NCBI GenBank assembly: GCA_020057115.1
Contig: JAGVGJ010000005.1
Span: forward strand, 1-51,196
Length of the DNA: 51,196 bases
Source: Candidatus Omnitrophota bacterium
GTDB lineage: Bacteria; Omnitrophota; Gorgyraeia; 2-01-FULL-45-10
Reading direction: 5' to 3'
Shown: positions 38,749 to 50,309 of the stretch, in pieces
How the letters are laid out: each line of letters opens with the position of its first letter
Numbering within the stretch: position 1 is the stretch's first letter
Program-made: the position numbers and the translations under genes
Notes under the pieces: model-generated
Database searches by the model: none
What the model was told of the DNA's origin: nothing
Seen by the model: only the letters and a program-made list of their open reading frames with translations

Positions 38749-38908
38749 TTCAATGAGCAGATGATTTATGGAGTCCGGAGGACGACATAAATCATAGGCC
38801 GACCACAGGGATTCATGGGGAAGAGGCCGTCTGCGAATTAATCCCGAAATATACCGCTTAAAGGCATGTTCTTTGCAATATAAGATATATTTCGGGAGAA
38901 CCAATTAA

Positions 38909-38985
38909 GCGCCTGTAGCTCAATCGGATAGAGTGGCTGGCTTCGAACCAGTAGGTTGGGTGTTCGATTCACCCCAGGCGCGCCA
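38909..38985 (+). tRNA. tRNA-Arg(TCG)
   Basis: Acceptor GCGCCTG/CAGGCGC, anticodon loop CT-TCG-AA, GTTCGA T loop, CCA. Confidence 0.93.
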
Positions 38986-39001
38986 AACAGCTCTTTTTAA
39001 T

Positions 39002-39086
39002 GCGGACGTGGCGGAACTGGCATACGCGCACGGCTTAGGACCGTGTGTCGAAAGGCATGAGAGTTCAACTCTCTCCGTCCGCACCA
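39002..39086 (+). tRNA. tRNA-Leu(TAG)
   Basis: GCGGACG/CGTCCGC, CACGG-CTTAGGA-CCGTG, long variable arm, CCA. Confidence 0.95.
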
Positions 39087-39164
39087 TTATTTATCATTTT
39101 GTTTGATTTAAGAGGTCTATTTTGCTATAATCCTACTTCTTTGCAGCCATATGCTGTAGCTTAT

Positions 39165-39345
39165 AGATGTAGGGAATTTTTTTCAACGCTTTTTTGCTTC
39201 TGGCGCTGGCATAGCCAGGAAGGGTTCTTGTTCCGAACGAAGTGAGGAACTTTAAAGGGAAACCTTAGGTTTCCCTTTAAGGAGTAAAAAGCGAACAAGA
39301 CCTACCTAATAGTAAGCACATTGGTCGCAGTGAGCTTTTTACGAC
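39165..39345 (+). repeat. Structured repeat copy 1, abutting the 5' end of tRNA-Lys
   Basis: Close match to 39461-39645; contains TTAAAGGGAAACC-tta-GGTTTCCCTTTAA. Confidence 0.85.
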
Positions 39346-39421
39346 GCCCGCGTAGCTCAATTGGCAGAGCAGGACACTCTTAATGTCAAGGTTCCAAGTT
39401 CGATTCTTGGCGCGGGCACCA
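39346..39421 (+). tRNA. tRNA-Lys(CTT)
   Basis: GCCCGCG/CGCGGGC, GACA-CTCTTAA-TGTC, GTTCGA, CCA. Confidence 0.92.
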
Positions 39422-39460
39422 GTTAGGTCATAGTTCTTAGGGCATAGTAAAAAGAACACC

Positions 39461-39645
39461 AGATATAGCAGGATTTTTTTCAATGCTTTTTTTGCTTCTG
39501 GAGCTGGCATAGCCAGGGAGGGATCTTGTTCCGAACGAAGCGAGGAACTTTAAAGGGAAACCTTAGGTTTCCCTTTAAGGAGCAAAAATCGGAACGAGAC
39601 TTACCAAAGTGCTAGCCCCGAGGTCGAAGTGAAGATTTTTGCGAC
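39461..39645 (+). repeat. Structured repeat copy 2, abutting the 5' end of tRNA-Gly
   Basis: Close match to 39165-39345; also ends CGAC directly before tRNA +1. Confidence 0.85.
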
Positions 39646-39720
39646 GCGGCGGTAATTCAGTGGTAGAATGCGACCTTGCCAAGGTCGATGTCGTGGGTTC
39701 GAAACCCATCCGCCGCTCCA
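39646..39720 (+). tRNA. tRNA-Gly(GCC)
   Basis: GCGGCGG/CCGCCGC, CGACC-TTGCCAA-GGTCG, GTTCGAA, CCA. Confidence 0.95.
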
Positions 39721-39781
39721 ATTTTGCCGGGGCAACCGGCGTATAAATTTTGCAACCCGTCTCTAGAAGGGGGACACCCAG

Positions 39782-40246
39782 ATGAAGATCATGGATTTTT
39801 TGAACAAGAAAGCTGTTACGGTAAACTTAAGCGCTACCGATAAGGAAGGCGTCATAACGGAGCTCGTCAGCCTTCTGACCGGTGCGACTGATATCGTGCA
39901 ATCGAAGGATGAGCTCATCAAGGCCGTACTCTCAAGGGAGTCCTTGGGATCCACGGGTATAGGCCAGGGGATAGGCATACCGCACGCGAAGTCCCAATCC
40001 GTAAAACAGCTCGTTGCCGCATTCGGGCTCTCCCAGAAGGGCGTCAACTTCGATTCGCTCGACGGGGAGCCTGCCTATATATTCTTTCTTCTTATAGCTC
40101 CCGAGGAATCCGCCGGCCCGCATCTTAAAGCGCTCGCAAGGATATCCAGGATGCTTAAGGATAAGTATTTCAGGGACTTGCTCAAGAAGGCCAAGAGCGA
40201 ACAGGAGATCCTGCGGATAATCCAGGAAGAAGACGCGAAGAACTAG
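39782..40246 (+). CDS. PTS EIIA component (Fru/Ntr type)
   Basis: RESLGSTGIG.GIGIPHAK, FDSLDGEP, HLKALARISR. Confidence 0.9.
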   Translation: MKIMDFLNKKAVTVNLSATDKEGVITELVSLLTGATDIVQSKDELIKAVLSRESLGSTGIGQGIGIPHAKSQSVKQLVAAFGLSQKGVNFDSLDGEPAYIFFLLIAPEESAGPHLKALARISRMLKDKYFRDLLKKAKSEQEILRIIQEEDAKN

Positions 40247-40250
40247 GACG

Positions 40251-41492
40251 ATGAAGATACTGAAAGCGTTCAAGTGGCTATACCCGGGGATGTGGGTGAA
40301 GCGGTGGATACTACTCACCGTGTTCGGGATCATCATGATATCCATGGGTTTTGTGATGGCCATCCTGGAACAGAACCCGAGGAACAAGACCTTCACCGGC
40401 ATAATAATAATTTTCGGTATCCTTACCGTAATAACCGGCATAAAGCGCATAATAAAATCTTTTGTCACGGTATTCCTCCCGGAGCGCGAGGATGAGCTGG
40501 TCGAGAAGGTATATCAGAAGAGGATACTCGAACGCGGCCCGAGGCTTGTGGTGATAGGCGGCGGCACCGGCCTATCCATGCTTCTCCACGGTCTTAAAGA
40601 ATATACGAGCAATATCACCGCCATAGTTACCGTAGCGGATGACGGAGGGTCTTCCGGAAGGCTGAGACAGGACTTCGACGTGCTGCCTCCCGGGGACATA
40701 CGGAATTGCCTCGTGGCACTGGCGGACGCCGAGCCGCTCATGGGAAAGCTCTTCCAATTCAGGTTTGGCGAAGGCAGCGAGCTCAGCGGGCACAATTTCG
40801 GGAACCTTTTCATAACGGCCATGTCAAAGGTCACCGGTGACTTTGAAGCAGCCATAAAAGAATCGTCGAAAGTCCTGGCCATAAGGGGAAGCGTATTGCC
40901 GTCCACCTTAGACAAGGTGACGCTAGTCGCGGAGCATATTGACGGCACCGAGACGCTTGGCGAAAGCCAGATACCGAAGAAGCTGGTCCCTATCAAGAGG
41001 ATATTGCTTAGGCCTGCGAACTGCAAGCCGACCGACGAAGCGATAGAAGCGATAAAGAAGGCTGACGCCGTAGTCCTCGGACCGGGAAGCCTCTATACGA
41101 GCATAATGCCGAACCTCCTTGTCGGAAGGATGTATAAAGAGGTCCTGGCTTCGAAGGCGATAAAAATATACGTTTGTAATGTCATGACCCAGAAGGGCGA
41201 GACCGACGATTATAAGGCGAGCGACCACCTGAAGGCGATAGTCGAGCACACGGCTTCCGGCATAGCGGATTACGCGATAGTGAACACCGCAAAGATCCCG
41301 GAGGAGTTGCTAAAAAAGTATGAGGACGAAGGATCCCATCCGGTATTCCCGGATGTCGAAAATTTCAAGAAATTCAAATGCAAAGTAGTGAAGGCTCACA
41401 TAGTCAGCACAAGAGACTACGTCAGACACGAGGCGACAAAATTGGCCAAGATAGTAGTGGACCTTGTCATGAGCCTGAAAAAATCGAAATGA
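40251..41492 (+). CDS. yvcK: YvcK/CuvA (UPF0052) family protein with N-terminal TMs
   Basis: IGGGTGL, VADDGGSSGRLR, PPGDIRNCL, GPGSLYTS. Confidence 0.9.
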   Translation: MKILKAFKWLYPGMWVKRWILLTVFGIIMISMGFVMAILEQNPRNKTFTGIIIIFGILTVITGIKRIIKSFVTVFLPEREDELVEKVYQKRILERGPRLVVIGGGTGLSMLLHGLKEYTSNITAIVTVADDGGSSGRLRQDFDVLPPGDIRNCLVALADAEPLMGKLFQFRFGEGSELSGHNFGNLFITAMSKVTGDFEAAIKESSKVLAIRGSVLPSTLDKVTLVAEHIDGTETLGESQIPKKLVPIKRILLRPANCKPTDEAIEAIKKADAVVLGPGSLYTSIMPNLLVGRMYKEVLASKAIKIYVCNVMTQKGETDDYKASDHLKAIVEHTASGIADYAIVNTAKIPEELLKKYEDEGSHPVFPDVENFKKFKCKVVKAHIVSTRDYVRHEATKLAKIVVDLVMSLKKSK

Positions 41493-41496
41493 GCGC

Positions 41497-41775
41497 ATGG
41501 TTATTGAAAAACTGGTAGTTATAAAGAATAAGCAGGGGCTTCACGCAAGGCCGGCCGCGCTCTTCGTGCAGATAGCCAATAAGTTCGATTCGGACATATC
41601 CGTTTCAAAGGGCAAGACGAAGGTGAACGGCAAATCGATCATGGGCATAATGATGCTCGAAGCGGGCCGCGGCTCAAAGATAACGATAACTGCGGTGGGG
41701 GACGATGCCGAGACTGCGGTGGGAGAGCTTGAGAAGCTGTTGGCTGCCGACGTAGACGATACCGCCAGCCTGTAG
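41497..41775 (+). CDS. ptsH: Phosphocarrier HPr
   Basis: GLHARPAA, NGKSIMGIM. Confidence 0.95.
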   Translation: MVIEKLVVIKNKQGLHARPAALFVQIANKFDSDISVSKGKTKVNGKSIMGIMMLEAGRGSKITITAVGDDAETAVGELEKLLAADVDDTASL

Positions 41776-41797
41776 ATGTTCTTATACAAGAGGAAGC

Positions 41798-43567
41798 ATG
41801 ATAAAGGATAAGAAGAAAGAGACGGTTCTTAAGGGCATACCGGCTTCGCCCGGCATAGCCATAGGGAAAGCCATGCTCCTCGACAGGGAGCAGTATGTCA
41901 TCCCGCGCCGCAGCATCAAGGAAGAGCAGGTCCAGAACGAGATTAAGCGCTTTAAGGATGCCCTCATACAGACCAAGAACGAACTCCTCGAGATAAAGAA
42001 GCGCATCTCCGAAGAGATGGGCGTAGAACACGGTCAGATATTCAGCGCGCACCTCCTTGTGCTGGAAGACAGCATGCTGATCGAGGAGGTCATGGCAAAG
42101 CTGAAGAAAGACAAGCTGTCCATTGAATACGTCTTCCAGGATGTCCTCAAAAGATACATAAAAGTATTCTCCGAAATGGATGACGAATACTTAAAAGAGC
42201 GCATAAGCGACATAAACGACGTGGGAAAGCGCGTTCTGCGCAATCTGATCGGAGCGAAAGAGGACATATTCTCCAACTTGAAAGAGAAGGTCATAGTCAT
42301 AGCTTACGACCTTTCACCGTCCGATACGGCCATGATGCACAAGAAGAATCTGATCGGCTTTGCCACGGATATAGGCTCAAGGACGTCCCACACGGCTATT
42401 ATGGCCAAATCCCTGGAGATACCCGCCGTAGTCGGGCTTGAGGCCATGACAAAGTCCGTAGAGAACGGCGATACCATAATAGTAGACGGCGCCCACGGAA
42501 ACGTGATAATAAACCCGTCGGCCAAGACCGTAAAGAAATACGAGGGGGATAAGGCGAAGTTCCTCGTGCTGGAAAAGCACCTCCTTGAACTTAAGGACCT
42601 GCCGTGCCAGACGCTTGACGGCCGCAAGATAACGCTGTCGGCCAACATAGAGGTGCCGGAAGACGTTGCCTCGGTCATAAGCCACGGGGCTGACGGCATA
42701 GGCCTGTACAGGACGGAATATTTTTATATGAACAGGAAGGACCTGCCGAGCGAGGACGAGCAGTTCAAGGCGTATTCAGTGGTGGCGAAGAAGGTGAAGC
42801 CGCATCCGGTCATAATAAGGACCTTAGACCTGGGCGGCGACAAATTCCTCTCCCAGTTCGAGGTCCCGCACGAAATGAACCCATTCCTCGGCTGGCGCGC
42901 GATAAGGTTCTGTCTCGCCAGGCCCGACGTCTTCAAGTCGCAGCTGCGCGCTATTTTAAGAGCGTCCATTTACGGCAACCTAAAAGTGATGTATCCGATG
43001 ATATCAGGCCTCGCGGAATTGAAGCAGGCCAATGCCATACTGGAAGAGGTGAGGGTGTCTTTAAGGAAGGAAGGCGTGCCTTTCGACGAGAATATGGAGG
43101 TCGGCGCCATGATAGAGGTCCCGTCAGCCGCCCTCACAAGCGACATACTCGCCAAAGAGGTCGACTTCTTTTCGATAGGCACAAACGACCTGATACAATA
43201 TTCGCTTGCGGTCGACAGGGTAAACGAGAAGATAGCGTATCTATATGAGCCGGCTCATCCGGCCGTATTGAGGCTCGTAAAGAACATCATAGACAATGGC
43301 CACAATGCCGGGATATGGGTAGGCATGTGCGGAGAGATGGCCGGAGACATCAATATGGCCCTTATACTTTTAGGGCTGGGGCTGGATGAGTTTAGCACCT
43401 CTCCGATAGCGATACCGGAGATGAAGCGCATAATCAGGGCCGTTGAGATGTCGAAGGCCGAAGAGATAGCCCGTGAAGCCATCACCCTGCCTACGGGGGA
43501 AGAGGTCGAAAGGTTCGCTTCAAAGAAATTAAAAGAGATAGCTCCTGAACTGGCCCAAGAGGCATAA
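41798..43567 (+). CDS. ptsI: PTS enzyme I
   Basis: TSHTAI, GIGLYRTE, RTLDLGGDK, NPFLGWRAIR, SIGTNDLIQY, CGEMA. Confidence 0.96.
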   Translation: MIKDKKKETVLKGIPASPGIAIGKAMLLDREQYVIPRRSIKEEQVQNEIKRFKDALIQTKNELLEIKKRISEEMGVEHGQIFSAHLLVLEDSMLIEEVMAKLKKDKLSIEYVFQDVLKRYIKVFSEMDDEYLKERISDINDVGKRVLRNLIGAKEDIFSNLKEKVIVIAYDLSPSDTAMMHKKNLIGFATDIGSRTSHTAIMAKSLEIPAVVGLEAMTKSVENGDTIIVDGAHGNVIINPSAKTVKKYEGDKAKFLVLEKHLLELKDLPCQTLDGRKITLSANIEVPEDVASVISHGADGIGLYRTEYFYMNRKDLPSEDEQFKAYSVVAKKVKPHPVIIRTLDLGGDKFLSQFEVPHEMNPFLGWRAIRFCLARPDVFKSQLRAILRASIYGNLKVMYPMISGLAELKQANAILEEVRVSLRKEGVPFDENMEVGAMIEVPSAALTSDILAKEVDFFSIGTNDLIQYSLAVDRVNEKIAYLYEPAHPAVLRLVKNIIDNGHNAGIWVGMCGEMAGDINMALILLGLGLDEFSTSPIAIPEMKRIIRAVEMSKAEEIAREAITLPTGEEVERFASKKLKEIAPELAQEA

Positions 43568-43573
43568 CAGGTC

Positions 43574-44644
43574 GTGATAAACCTCGATAACATAAAAGAG
43601 ATAAAGGCTTACGACAGGCATGACATGTCGCGGCTTATCGAATCTTTCGCCGACCAGTGCCTGGATGCCAAGAAGATAGGCTCAAGTTTTAACGCGCCCG
43701 CAGGCCTTAAGGCGCAGTATAAAAATATAGTGGTGACAGGCCTGGGCGGATCAGCCATCGGCGGAGATATACTTAGGTCTTACATCTCGGGCGAGGCCGG
43801 CATACCGATCTTTGTCAACAGGAACTACACCTTGCCGCATTTTGTGGACAAGGATTCTCTCGTGATAGTATCGAGCTATTCCGGAAATACGGAAGAGACG
43901 ATAAGCGCTTACGAGGACGCAATGCAGAAGAAAGCAAAGATCCTTGCGATAACATCCGGAGGCGAGATAAAGAAGCTCGCAGAAAAGGACGGCAATCCCG
44001 TAATAACGATACCGCCGGGCCTTCCTCCCAGGTGCGCGTTAGGCTATTCGTTCTTTCCCATGCTGATAGCGATGTTCAAGCTCGGGCTCATCAAAGACAA
44101 ATCCAAAGAGATAGACGAGGTCATAGGCCTTATTAAAGATATCAATCTCAAGAAGACCGGTCTAGGCGTTCCGTCGAAGGATAATATAGCAAAGACGCTC
44201 GCCGCTTCTATCCATCAAAAGTATCCCGTGATATACGGCGGCCAGGACCATATAGACTCTGTGGTGACAAGATGGAGAGGGCAGCTTGCCGAGAATGCAA
44301 AGACTCTCTCTTCCGGGTATGTCTTTCCGGAGATAAACCATAATGAGATAGTAGGGTGGGACAATCCGGCAAAGCTCATAAAGGATTTCATCGTTATCAT
44401 ACTGCGTGATTCCGGGGACCATCCGCGCATATCAAAGAGGATGGACATAACAAAGAGCATGATCGAGAAGCAGGGCGTCAAGGTCATAGAGGTCGCCTCT
44501 ACCGGCAGCGACCTCCTTCCGAGGATATTCTCCCTCATATATATAGGCGATTCGGTCAGTTTTTATCTTGCGATACTCAATAAAGTGGACCCTACCCCGG
44601 TGGACAGGATATCCTATTTTAAAGAGGAGCTAGCCAAGAATTGA
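43574..44644 (+). CDS. Bifunctional phosphoglucose/phosphomannose isomerase
   Basis: GLGGSAIGG, SYSGNTEET, PPRCA, ENAK, PEINHNEI. Confidence 0.9.
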   Translation: MINLDNIKEIKAYDRHDMSRLIESFADQCLDAKKIGSSFNAPAGLKAQYKNIVVTGLGGSAIGGDILRSYISGEAGIPIFVNRNYTLPHFVDKDSLVIVSSYSGNTEETISAYEDAMQKKAKILAITSGGEIKKLAEKDGNPVITIPPGLPPRCALGYSFFPMLIAMFKLGLIKDKSKEIDEVIGLIKDINLKKTGLGVPSKDNIAKTLAASIHQKYPVIYGGQDHIDSVVTRWRGQLAENAKTLSSGYVFPEINHNEIVGWDNPAKLIKDFIVIILRDSGDHPRISKRMDITKSMIEKQGVKVIEVASTGSDLLPRIFSLIYIGDSVSFYLAILNKVDPTPVDRISYFKEELAKN

Positions 44645-45390
44645 AAGTATTGATTTTGACGGCAGGTTATGCTACAAGATTATATCCCCTGACGCTAAAT
44701 ACGCCCAAACCTCTATTGGAGGTGGGCGGCAAGAAGATGATAGACCGCATACTTGAAAAGTGCGCGGCAGAGGAAATCTTAAGCGGCATATACGTAGTAA
44801 CGAACGGCAAGTTCTTTGAGAATTTTAAGACATGGGCGGCGGCCTCGAGATACAAAGACAAGATATCCGTAATAAACGACAATACGTTCACCAATGAGAC
44901 GAGGCTGGGCGCAATAAAGGATATCGAGCTTGCCATAGACCGGGGAGGCATAGACGACGACCTTCTCATCGTGGCGGGCGACAATCTCTTTGAGTTCGAC
45001 CTAAAAAAATTCATCGATTTCGGAAAGAGGAATGCCGATGGCATACTCGTGGCTTTGTATGATATCAAGGAGATCGAAGCCGCGAAGAGGTATGGGGTCG
45101 TCAGCATAGACAAGAGCGGCGTGGTCACGGATTTTGTGGAGAAGCCGCCCGAGCCGAAGTCGACGCTGGTATCGACAGGGGTATATTTCCTTCCGAAAGA
45201 GAAGGTGAAGTCTATAAAAAAATATGTTTCAAGCCCGGGCAACAGATCCGACCAGCCGGGCTATTATATAAGCTGGATGGTTAAATTCGACAAGGTATAC
45301 GGTTTGGCGTTCCGCGAGGATTGGTATGATATCGGAGATATCGAGTCCTACAGGAAAGCTGACGGAGAGTATTTAAAGAAAGGGAGATAG
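44641..45390 (+). CDS. Sugar-phosphate nucleotidyltransferase
   Basis: [28 protein letters not shown]. Confidence 0.88.
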   Translation: MKVLILTAGYATRLYPLTLNTPKPLLEVGGKKMIDRILEKCAAEEILSGIYVVTNGKFFENFKTWAAASRYKDKISVINDNTFTNETRLGAIKDIELAIDRGGIDDDLLIVAGDNLFEFDLKKFIDFGKRNADGILVALYDIKEIEAAKRYGVVSIDKSGVVTDFVEKPPEPKSTLVSTGVYFLPKEKVKSIKKYVSSPGNRSDQPGYYISWMVKFDKVYGLAFREDWYDIGDIESYRKADGEYLKKGR

Positions 45391-45392
45391 GG

Positions 45393-46562
45393 ATGAAAGA
45401 AGATAATTTTTTATTCACTTCAGAGAGCGTCACCGAAGGGCATCCGGATAAGGTCTGCGACCAAGTATCGGACGGCGTTCTTGACAGCGTTTTAAATCAG
45501 GACCCGGCAGGCAGGGTGGCTTGCGAGACATATGTCACGATGGGCCTTATAATCGTGGGCGGCGAGATAACTACCGACGCCTATGTCGACATACACAAGC
45601 TCTGCAGGGGCATACTGGAAGATATCGGGTACACCCATCCGAAATACGGTTTCGATAACCACACATGCGCGATATTGAACGCCATACATACGCAGTCACC
45701 TGACATAGCCATGGGCGTCAATACGGGCGGCGCAGGCGACCAGGGCATGATGATGGGTTACGCGTGCACGGAGACTCCCGAGCTCATGCCGCTTCCTATA
45801 ATGCTCGCCCACCAGCTTTCGATGAGGCTTGCGGAAGTAAGGAAGAAGAAGATCCTTAAATATCTCGGCCCGGACGGCAAGAGCCAGGTCACCGTTGAGT
45901 ATGTGAACGGCAAGCCCAAGAGGGTAACGGACGTCGTATTGGCCTCCCAGCATACCGAAGAGGCCCTCGACAAGAAGAAGGACATGATGAAGGATGAGGC
46001 CAGAAAAGAGATCATAAAGGTCGTCGCTGAGCCGATCCTCAGGAAGTATCTCGATAAGAATACCAGATACCACATCAATGCTACGGGCAAGTTCCTTATC
46101 GGCGGTCCGCAGTCTGACACAGGCATGACCGGAAGGAAGATCATCGTCGATACCTACGGTGGCTGGATACCGCATGGCGGCGGCGCATTCTCAGGCAAAG
46201 ATCCCACAAAGGTCGACAGGTCTGCCGCGTATATGGGCAGATACATAGCCAAGAACATGGTGAAGGCAGGATTCGCCGATAAGCTGATGATACAGCTTGC
46301 GTACTGTATCGGCGTAGCTGATCCCGTGTCCATCATGGTGAACACCTATGGGACCGGTAAAGTATCCGACGAGAGGATAGTAAAGGTCATAAAGGAGAAT
46401 TTTGAGCTCACCCCGCATGGCATAATAGCCAGTTTAAAGCTGCGCGAATCCGATGGCAAGCGTTTCAGGAAGACCGCCAGCTACGGACACTTCGGTCGCG
46501 AAGAAGAGGGCTTCACATGGGAAGCTACCGATATGGCGAAGGATCTGGCGAAACACCTAAAA

Positions 46563-46565
<3 letters not shown>
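45393..46565 (+). CDS. metK: S-adenosylmethionine synthetase
   Basis: [35 protein letters not shown]. Confidence 0.97.
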
Positions 46566-47864
<1,299 letters not shown>

Positions 47865-47887
47865 ATACTAGAAAGAGAGGGTTAGAG

Positions 47888-49204
47888 ATGGGCAGGATCA
47901 ATATGGATAAATTGGCGCTTGAGCTGGCGTTCACCGACGACAAGGCAAAGAAAGAGGAGCTCGCGAAAAAGATACGGACGATAGCTTATAAGCACGGGAT
48001 ATATGCTTCCAGCATAGAAGAGCTATACAAGGCAAGGGGAAGAGGCGATTTCGAGGGCACATTCAGCGTCCCGGCCATCAACTTAAGGACCATGACATAT
48101 GACCTTGCCAAGGCGATCTTCAGGGTAGCAAAGAAGATAAATGCAGGGGCATTCATATTCGAGATAGCCAAGTCGGAGATGGGCTACACGAGCCAGCCGG
48201 CCGTCGAATATACGGCGGTGATACTTGCGGCAGCGGTAAAGGAAGAGTGGAAAGGCCCAGTCTTCGTCCAGGGCGACCATTTCCAGGCCAATGCCAAGAA
48301 CTTTAAGCTCGACCCGGAGAAAGAGATAGAGGGCCTGAAGGACCTGATCGTCCACGCTATCGAAGCGGGCTTCTACAACATAGATATAGATTCATCCACT
48401 TTGGTAGACCTTTCCCAGCCGACCGTTGACAGGCAGCAAAGGTCGAATTATGAGGTCTGCGCGAAACTGACGCACTTCATCCGCCAGAACCAGCCGCGCG
48501 GCATAGAGGTATCGGTGGGCGGTGAGATAGGCGAGGTAGGGCACGCGAACTCGAATCCGGAAGAGCTGCGCGCTTTCATGAACGGCTTTAAGTCGAGCCT
48601 TCGCAAAGGCCTTCCCGGCATATCTAAGGTGAGTATCCAGACCGGCACTTCCCACGGCGGAGTAGTCCTGCCGGACGGGACTGTCGCCAAGGTAAAGCTC
48701 GATTTCGATACGTTGAGGACGCTCTCTAAGATAGCCAAGGATGAGTATGGCCTTGCCGGCGCGGTCCAGCACGGTGCCTCAACGCTTCCCGCAGAAGCAT
48801 TTGGCAAGTTCCCCGAAAACGGGACAGCGGAGGTCCATCTTGCCACAGAGTTCCAGAACATGGTCTATGACAGCCCGAACTTCCCGAAGGACCTGAAGGA
48901 TAAGGTCTATAACTGGCTCAAGACCACTCAAGGTGCAGAGAGGAAGGCCGACCAGACCGAAGAGCAGTTCCTTTACAGCGCCAGGAAGAAAGCCCTCGGA
49001 CAGTTCAAGAAGGATATATTGAGCATACCTCAGAAGACCAAGGATGCCATAGCAAAAGAGATCGAGGCAAAGTTCGAGTTCCTCTTCAATAAGCTGAATG
49101 TAAAGGATACCAGGACCCTCACCGATAAGTACGTCACTCTTAAGCGCGTCATCAGTAGAAAGAAAGCGAAGGAAGTCGTGATGGATGGGCAGGGAGCGGA
49201 TTAA
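47888..49204 (+). CDS. Class II fructose-bisphosphate aldolase-family protein
   Basis: VPAIN, QGDHF, GEIGEVG, GTSHGG, VQHGAS. Confidence 0.85.
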   Translation: MGRINMDKLALELAFTDDKAKKEELAKKIRTIAYKHGIYASSIEELYKARGRGDFEGTFSVPAINLRTMTYDLAKAIFRVAKKINAGAFIFEIAKSEMGYTSQPAVEYTAVILAAAVKEEWKGPVFVQGDHFQANAKNFKLDPEKEIEGLKDLIVHAIEAGFYNIDIDSSTLVDLSQPTVDRQQRSNYEVCAKLTHFIRQNQPRGIEVSVGGEIGEVGHANSNPEELRAFMNGFKSSLRKGLPGISKVSIQTGTSHGGVVLPDGTVAKVKLDFDTLRTLSKIAKDEYGLAGAVQHGASTLPAEAFGKFPENGTAEVHLATEFQNMVYDSPNFPKDLKDKVYNWLKTTQGAERKADQTEEQFLYSARKKALGQFKKDILSIPQKTKDAIAKEIEAKFEFLFNKLNVKDTRTLTDKYVTLKRVISRKKAKEVVMDGQGAD

Positions 49205-49215
49205 AAAGCTTATAG

Positions 49216-50307
49216 CTACGTTTTATCGTTGATAAGACGTATCCCGATGAAGGTGAAGACGATATTCCCGAGCCATGCCGACAGTATGGGCGGCAATATA
49301 CCGGCCTTTCCGAATGCGAGCGATATGGCAATAAAGGCATAATAGAGCAGGCCTATCACGATCGACATGCCTATCCCTATCATGACGCCGCCACGGGTGT
49401 TTATTAGCGCGAAAGGCGCGCCTATCAGGATTATTATCAGGCTTATGAAAGCGAACGATACCTTATAGTGCATGTCCACAAGGAGCGATCGTATCATCTT
49501 GGTGCTCGTCCCTTTAAAGTTCTTTATATATTTTTTCAGCTCGCCGTAACTCATGTAATCCGACTGCCATTCACGGTTAGCGAAATCAGACGGCCTCTCC
49601 CTTAAGATTATATGCTTCTCTTCGTAGAAGAGAGGCTCTCCAAGTATCTTGCCCGCATTGTCGATCCGGTACATTATCACATTGTTGAACTTCCACGAAT
49701 TTCCTGTCCAGACCGCGCTCTGGGCCGTTATCTTCGACAACAGGTTCTCTTTTGTGTCATGTTCGTGAATGATTATGTCATTTAACGTTTTCTTCTCGAT
49801 ATCATAATTACGCGCGAACATTATTTTGTTGCCGGCGCCGTACAATGCCACGCTGTCGATTATCTTCGCCTTGCGGTCCTTGCGTTTTTCCTTCTCAAGC
49901 TCGTCCCGTCTTATGGAATTGGAGACTTTCGAGCTTATCGGCAGCACCCTGTCATTCACGATGAATGTCATTATGCTCACCAATAAACCGAGTATGAGCA
50001 TCGGGGTCATGATGCGCCAGAGGCTTATTCCGCTGGATTTCATTGCGATGATCTCATTGTGCTTATTGAGGTTGCTTAAGACATAGATGGTGGAGAGAAG
50101 CATGGCCATTGGGGCCACCTGGATCAGTATCGTAGGTGAGTAGTAGACATAAAATGCTATTAAAGAAGACGCCGGTATGTGGAATTTCACTATATCTTCG
50201 ATGAATGAGAATATGTCGATGATGACAGCCATTATGACGAATACGAAGAGGCACCATATGAAAGGCCCCAGAAAACCGCGCACCATGTATTTGTCGATTA
50301 TTCTCAT
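49216..50307 (-). CDS. LptF/LptG-family LPS export permease
   Basis: MRIIDKY, NEIIAMKSSGISL, C-terminal PPILSAWLGN; start 50307 preferred to 50379. Confidence 0.88.
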   Translation of the reverse strand: MRIIDKYMVRGFLGPFIWCLFVFVIMAVIIDIFSFIEDIVKFHIPASSLIAFYVYYSPTILIQVAPMAMLLSTIYVLSNLNKHNEIIAMKSSGISLWRIMTPMLILGLLVSIMTFIVNDRVLPISSKVSNSIRRDELEKEKRKDRKAKIIDSVALYGAGNKIMFARNYDIEKKTLNDIIIHEHDTKENLLSKITAQSAVWTGNSWKFNNVIMYRIDNAGKILGEPLFYEEKHIILRERPSDFANREWQSDYMSYGELKKYIKNFKGTSTKMIRSLLVDMHYKVSFAFISLIIILIGAPFALINTRGGVMIGIGMSIVIGLLYYAFIAISLAFGKAGILPPILSAWLGNIVFTFIGIRLINDKT

Positions 50308-50309
50308 GT

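Noticed and set aside
38749-38944. Group I intron in tRNA-Arg
   Set aside because: An intact uninterrupted tRNA follows, the segment does not end in G, and no P7 core is visible
38707-39510. Short ORFs 38707-38904, 39045-39245 and 39277-39510
   Set aside because: They overlap tRNAs or repeats and have no RBS or protein-like features
39165-39645. CRISPR array or T-box leader
   Set aside because: Only two long units separated by a tRNA, no cas genes, and no T-box consensus
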